NCBI GenBank assembly: GCA_029258835.1 | Contig: JAPDJY010000024.1 | Span: 1-31,935 of the forward strand | Direction: 5' to 3' | Origin: Thermoproteota archaeon | Lineage (GTDB): Archaea > Asgardarchaeota > Jordiarchaeia > Jordiarchaeales > Freyrarchaeaceae | Length of the DNA stretch: 31,935 nt | Part shown: one piece after another, positions 28,149-31,935 of the stretch | Layout of the letters: each line of letters begins with the position of its first letter | Position numbering within the stretch: position 1 is the stretch's first letter | Position numbers and translations under genes: made by a program | Notes under the pieces: generated by a model | Databases searched by the model: none | The model's input: the letters and a program-made list of their open reading frames with translations, nothing else | Told to the model about the DNA's origin: nothing

Positions 28149-28970
28149 ATGATAATTGACACACATGCCCAGTTGTGGAATGAGGAAGCGTTCCAAGCTA
28201 TGCCTGACCATATGAAGGCGGGTTACATAGCTGTTTTTGGGGCGGACTTTAAGGGCCCAAGGCTTGAGGACGAGATAAGAGATATGGATGAGGCGGGCGT
28301 CGACGTCTCGGTGGTGGTAGCTATAGACGCTGAAACCGTGTGGGACTACAAGGTTTCAAATGACGCTGTGGCTAAGGCTGTCAGCCAGTACCCAGACAGG
28401 CTGATAGGGTTCGCGAGCGTCGACCCCCATAAAGGGGTTGTCGCCGTGAAGGAGCTGGAAAGAGCGGTTAAGAAGCTTGGGCTGAAAGGGCTCAAGCTCC
28501 TGCCACACCTCATAGAACTCTACCCAAACGACAAGAGAATGTACCCGGTCTACGAGAAAGCGCAGGAACTGGGGATACCGGTACTATTCCACACCGGAAC
28601 CCAGTTTCACACTGGAACGCGCATCAAGTACTGTAAGCCGATATATTTGGACGATGTAGCAGTGGACTTCCCAGACCTGAAGATAGTGATAGCCCACTTC
28701 GGATTTCCATGGTTCTACGAGGCGATAGCGGTGTGCCAGAGAAACCCGAACGTCTACTTTAACATTGCAGGCTGGGCTCCGAGGCACATTCCAGAGCCGG
28801 TGATAAGATACATGAACGGGCCGCTAAAGCACAAGTGCCTCTTCGGCTCAGATTACCCTCTCCTCCCTAGGAAGAGAATAATAGAAGAGTTAAAGCAGCT
28901 TCCCCTAAAACAGGAGGTTTTAAAGAAGCTGTTCGAGGAAAACCCAAAAAGACTACTAGGAATAGACTAA
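28149..28970 (+). CDS. Amidohydrolase_2 family protein, resembling beta-ketoacyl-CoA hydrolases (CouO-like)
   Basis: Motifs IIDTHAQ, GFASVDP, LFHTG, AHFGFPW, NVYFNIAGWAP and LFGSDYP. Divergent from the COG1233/reductase pair. Confidence 0.82.
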   Translation: MIIDTHAQLWNEEAFQAMPDHMKAGYIAVFGADFKGPRLEDEIRDMDEAGVDVSVVVAIDAETVWDYKVSNDAVAKAVSQYPDRLIGFASVDPHKGVVAVKELERAVKKLGLKGLKLLPHLIELYPNDKRMYPVYEKAQELGIPVLFHTGTQFHTGTRIKYCKPIYLDDVAVDFPDLKIVIAHFGFPWFYEAIAVCQRNPNVYFNIAGWAPRHIPEPVIRYMNGPLKHKCLFGSDYPLLPRKRIIEELKQLPLKQEVLKKLFEENPKRLLGID

Positions 28971-29308
28971 CAACCCACCTCTTTTCTTTATTAGTGGCGT
29001 AGAGGGGTTCAAATGAGACTTCAGTTTGTAGGGGCTATTTTCCTTCAGCATGCAAACTGTTAGAGGAATTTTAAGGAGAGTGGTTGAAGTAAAAGTTAAT
29101 AACTGTTAAAAATTCTGATTGAACTTATTGCAACTGTTTAGTTAATTTAGGAAGGAGGCTCTATTGACTTATTCCGTCTGCTGCGAGGAAGCCGTGGAGC
29201 GCTTAGAATATTTAAGTGGCGTTCGCATGCGGGATCCGCCTCCAATGAATAGACCTTTCAAAACGTGGAGGGTAAAAACTGGATTAAACCTTGTTTTAGA
29301 TGTCTTCC

Positions 29309-29776
29309 TCATAATTCAAAAACGCTCCCTAGCCCGCGTCCAGTCCATCTCCACCCTCCTTTCCACCTTACAATTTTCTTTTTCTCCATTAACTCTTTCA
29401 AATACCTTTTACTTTCCCTGAGAATTCCTGCTTCATCGTAGAGGATGTAGCCCTCCGTGAGCGCATCCATTATGAATCCTGCTCTTCCATCTATCAGGTC
29501 AAGGAGTTCTTCGGGTGTAACCCAAATGTCCTGTATAAGCGGGGTCCCCCTCAATTGGAGGGACATGGCTTTCCTGTCCAACAGGTTCGGTGGCAGCTTG
29601 TCTGCGACGATGAGCAAGTCTATGTCTGAAGCTTTAAGAGCGAATGGAGCACAACTCCCCCGCGCAACAGAGCCAAACAGAAGTATTCCAAGAACATTCT
29701 CAAGGCGTTTAAGCTTACCAACATACTCTTCAATCAGCTCCCGGTAACCCTCCTTAATCCAGCTAAGATCCTCCAT
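29309..29776 (-). CDS. Minimal nucleotidyltransferase (MNT), partner of HEPN
   Basis: LFGSVARG...SDIDLLIV and ...EGYILYD. Probable ATG at 29776 overlapping the HEPN stop. Confidence 0.85.
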   Translation of the reverse strand: MEDLSWIKEGYRELIEEYVGKLKRLENVLGILLFGSVARGSCAPFALKASDIDLLIVADKLPPNLLDRKAMSLQLRGTPLIQDIWVTPEELLDLIDGRAGFIMDALTEGYILYDEAGILRESKRYLKELMEKKKIVRWKGGWRWTGRGLGSVFEL

Positions 29777-30230
29777 TCCCCCCACCCGTAACTGCATCCA
29801 TAACCTCTCTAGCTAGCTCGACGACTCTTCGCCCAGCCTCAACGAGGTCTCTCGCCCGGCGCTCATCGTAGATTTCACTTGGTTTTATGATCCTCCTAGG
29901 CGTCTCCCACCCATACCTCGGCGCCGTCCTCTGATCCTCTAGGGTTCTCGCATAGAGTAAAACTTCTTCGAGTTTCCCTGAAATGCTCGGTGGAGCCTTC
30001 TCCTCCGACACTATTTCCCTTAAAAGCTCTGATGGAAAATGCGTTTTCCCAGCTTCAACCCCGAAGAGGGCGAGAAGTGCCTTACATGCCTTCTCAGATG
30101 CTTGCTGTGCATGGTACACCGCACTCGGGAAACGTCCGTGTTGAAGGTCTAACTCTGCATCCTCCAAGTCATACTCAGCCATATCCATCCAGTCACGAGC
30201 CTTATCTGTATTACGCAACTTAAGCACCAA
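29763..30230 (-). CDS. HEPN domain protein (COG2250-type)
   Basis: W...AEYDLEDA, AVYHAQQASEKACKALL, KTH and PRY. Upstream of and overlapping the MNT gene. Confidence 0.85.
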   Translation of the reverse strand: MVLKLRNTDKARDWMDMAEYDLEDAELDLQHGRFPSAVYHAQQASEKACKALLALFGVEAGKTHFPSELLREIVSEEKAPPSISGKLEEVLLYARTLEDQRTAPRYGWETPRRIIKPSEIYDERRARDLVEAGRRVVELAREVMDAVTGGGNGGS

Positions 30231-30703
30231 GCCTACTTTGGACTCCCTATTCCACTCTATATTCTACATTCCTTGTCTTTTTAAGATTACTTCTCATAAA
30301 TTTTTGATAAGTAGTTACTGGTTTCGACGACGAGCTCACGGCCTAAAGCCTCCTCCACGCCACCGTCAACGTTTCCTCCAGCAAACCTGTCAACTTCAGC
30401 CGTTTTTTCAGCCCTTTTAATGACTGGTTGCTAACCGTTCTATTTGCTCCCGTTAACGTCCTAACTGGTGTTATTCTTACTTAGGTTGATGAAGGTTTTT
30501 CTTAATAAGTTTCGTGTCAACATGGTGAGAGGCTTGAACGCGTTCAGGCAAAGGCAGGTTTATCCGGGTGATCAGGAAGGAAGAAGGGTTAGGTTATATG
30601 GGTGATTGATGCAGTAACATCAATCCAGCTTTGCTACATGATGTTTACAGGTGGGAAATGTTTTATCTGTAAAAATTTCTAAATAATGTTGGAGGGATGC
30701 TGT

Positions 30704-31621
30704 TTGAGGTTTAAAAGGATAGCATGTGTTGGTGCCGGCGTCATTGGTCATAGCTGGGCGGCTTTCTACGCTTCAAAAGGGCTTGAGGTGAAGCTTCAGG
30801 ACATAAGCGAGGAAGCGTTGAGGAATGCGAGGGAACTTGTGGGGGACGCTGCCAGCATCCTAGTGGAGGAGAGACTATGCGATTTTAAGGATCCGGAAGA
30901 TGTCCTTAGTAGGATAGACTACACTTTAAGCATTGAGGATGCGGTGAAGGACGCCGATTTCATCCAAGAATCCGTAGTTGAAAATTATGATGTTAAGAAG
31001 CAGGTTTTCAAGGAGATAGACAGGTACTGTCCTGAGGACGCCATCATAGCGAGCAGTACGTCGGGGTTGCTGATGACCGAGATCCAGAAGGCTGCGGCCC
31101 GCCCTGAACGATGCATAGTTGCACATCCGTTTAATCCGCCTCATCTCATGCCCCTAGTCGAGCTGGCAGCAGGCGAGAAAACAGACGAGAAATACGTGAG
31201 GGAAGCTGACGAGTTCTTCACGAAGCTTGGAAAAGTGACGATAATCCTCAAGAAGGAGAACCCAAACCACGTAGCCAATAACTTCCAGAAGGCAGTTATT
31301 ACTTCAGTTATTGAAATGGCGTTACAGGGAATAGCCGACTGGGAAGACTTAGACAAAGCCATGGAGTGGGGTCCAGGGATCAGGTGGGCGATAATGGGGC
31401 CGCTCCTAACGTTCCACCTAGCCGGGGGGGAGGGGGGAATAGTAAAGTGGTTTGAAACGTTTGCACCGCAGGTCTGGGAGGCCTTCCCGCAGGAAGTTAA
31501 GGAAAGACTGATTAAAGCCATGGAGAGGGAGTCTAAGGGGAAGAGTATAAGAGAGCTAAACAGGCGGAGAGACAAGCTGATAGTAGGAATACTAAAGCTG
31601 AAGCAGGAGTTTTCACTCTAA
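30704..31621 (+). CDS. 3-hydroxyacyl-CoA dehydrogenase family (carnitine dehydrogenase/lambda-crystallin-like branch)
   Basis: Motifs VGAGVIGHSWA, QESVVE...K, SSTSG, AHPFNPPHLMPLVE and GPGIRWAIMGP. Likely TTG start at 30704 after GGAGGGA (ORF track start 30686). Confidence 0.88.
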   Translation: MRFKRIACVGAGVIGHSWAAFYASKGLEVKLQDISEEALRNARELVGDAASILVEERLCDFKDPEDVLSRIDYTLSIEDAVKDADFIQESVVENYDVKKQVFKEIDRYCPEDAIIASSTSGLLMTEIQKAAARPERCIVAHPFNPPHLMPLVELAAGEKTDEKYVREADEFFTKLGKVTIILKKENPNHVANNFQKAVITSVIEMALQGIADWEDLDKAMEWGPGIRWAIMGPLLTFHLAGGEGGIVKWFETFAPQVWEAFPQEVKERLIKAMERESKGKSIRELNRRRDKLIVGILKLKQEFSL

Positions 31622-31637
31622 ACCTCCACCTTTTTAT

Positions 31638-31935
31638 CTTCCCGTTGCTTGCAAGACCCCATGCGAAAGCGTGGGGATACGCAAGGGGAGGTGGGTGGGA
31701 AGGTTTAACCATTGCTGCGGGAAGTCTTCATCCGAAAGGGTGGAGATGAGAGCAGCTAAAAATTATTTATCTAAGAGATTACATTTCAGCATGTAGAATA
31801 AGGATGATGGGATGGGACAGCCCTGATAGCCTGCTGGAGAGAAGACCTCTACCCAGAACCACCTCCTACATGGAGGTGGCTTCCGGGCAAGCCTTCCCGA
31901 TGAATCAGGAAGCTCCCTGCGAAAGCTGGGAGTAG
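31638..31935 (+). mobile_element. Protein-free IS200/IS605-type mini-element(s): end-like hairpins plus an omegaRNA-like region; runs off the window
   Basis: GAAA-capped hairpins at 31657-31676, 31725-31746 and 31913-31932, the last two preceded by GAAG as in IS605-type ends. Another hairpin lies at 31859-31879. No transposase or TnpB ORF is present. Confidence 0.55.

Noticed and set aside
30238-30660. Short ORFs or relic between HEPN and the dehydrogenase
   Set aside because: Multiple stops and no recognizable family.

Overview
This 31.9 kb window looks archaeal: AGG/AGA Arg and ATA Ile codons, GGAGG/GGTG Shine-Dalgarno sites, TTG/GTG starts, TATA-like boxes and oligo-T terminators. It is probably from a thermophilic anaerobic heterotroph, but the lineage cannot be fixed from sequence alone. 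The window is an accessory catabolic region. It carries a complete acetone-carboxylase-type operon (acxABC), two COG1233 (phytoene desaturase-like) flavoproteins (one abutting an FAD/NAD/[2Fe-2S] reductase), the 3' end of an SCP-x/Ltp-type thiolase, a PaaG-type crotonase, a 3-hydroxyacyl-CoA-dehydrogenase-family gene, two amidohydrolase_2 enzymes, a gamma-carbonic-anhydrase-like protein, a CCG/Fe-S protein, a VOC protein, a radical SAM enzyme, and DUF169, DUF488 and LURP-one proteins. It also encodes an unannotated repeat-built membrane protein. Interspersed are VapBC and HEPN-MNT modules, several decayed genes, an IS607-like HTH+TnpB element with frameshifted tnpB, and a protein-free IS200/IS605-type hairpin/omegaRNA-like mini-element at the right edge. 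The best candidate for a new system is an oxygen-independent archaeal pathway for terpenoid/branched-lipid or ketone catabolism (inference). No rRNA, tRNA or CRISPR array was seen. All family calls rest on motif recognition by eye, not on database searches.
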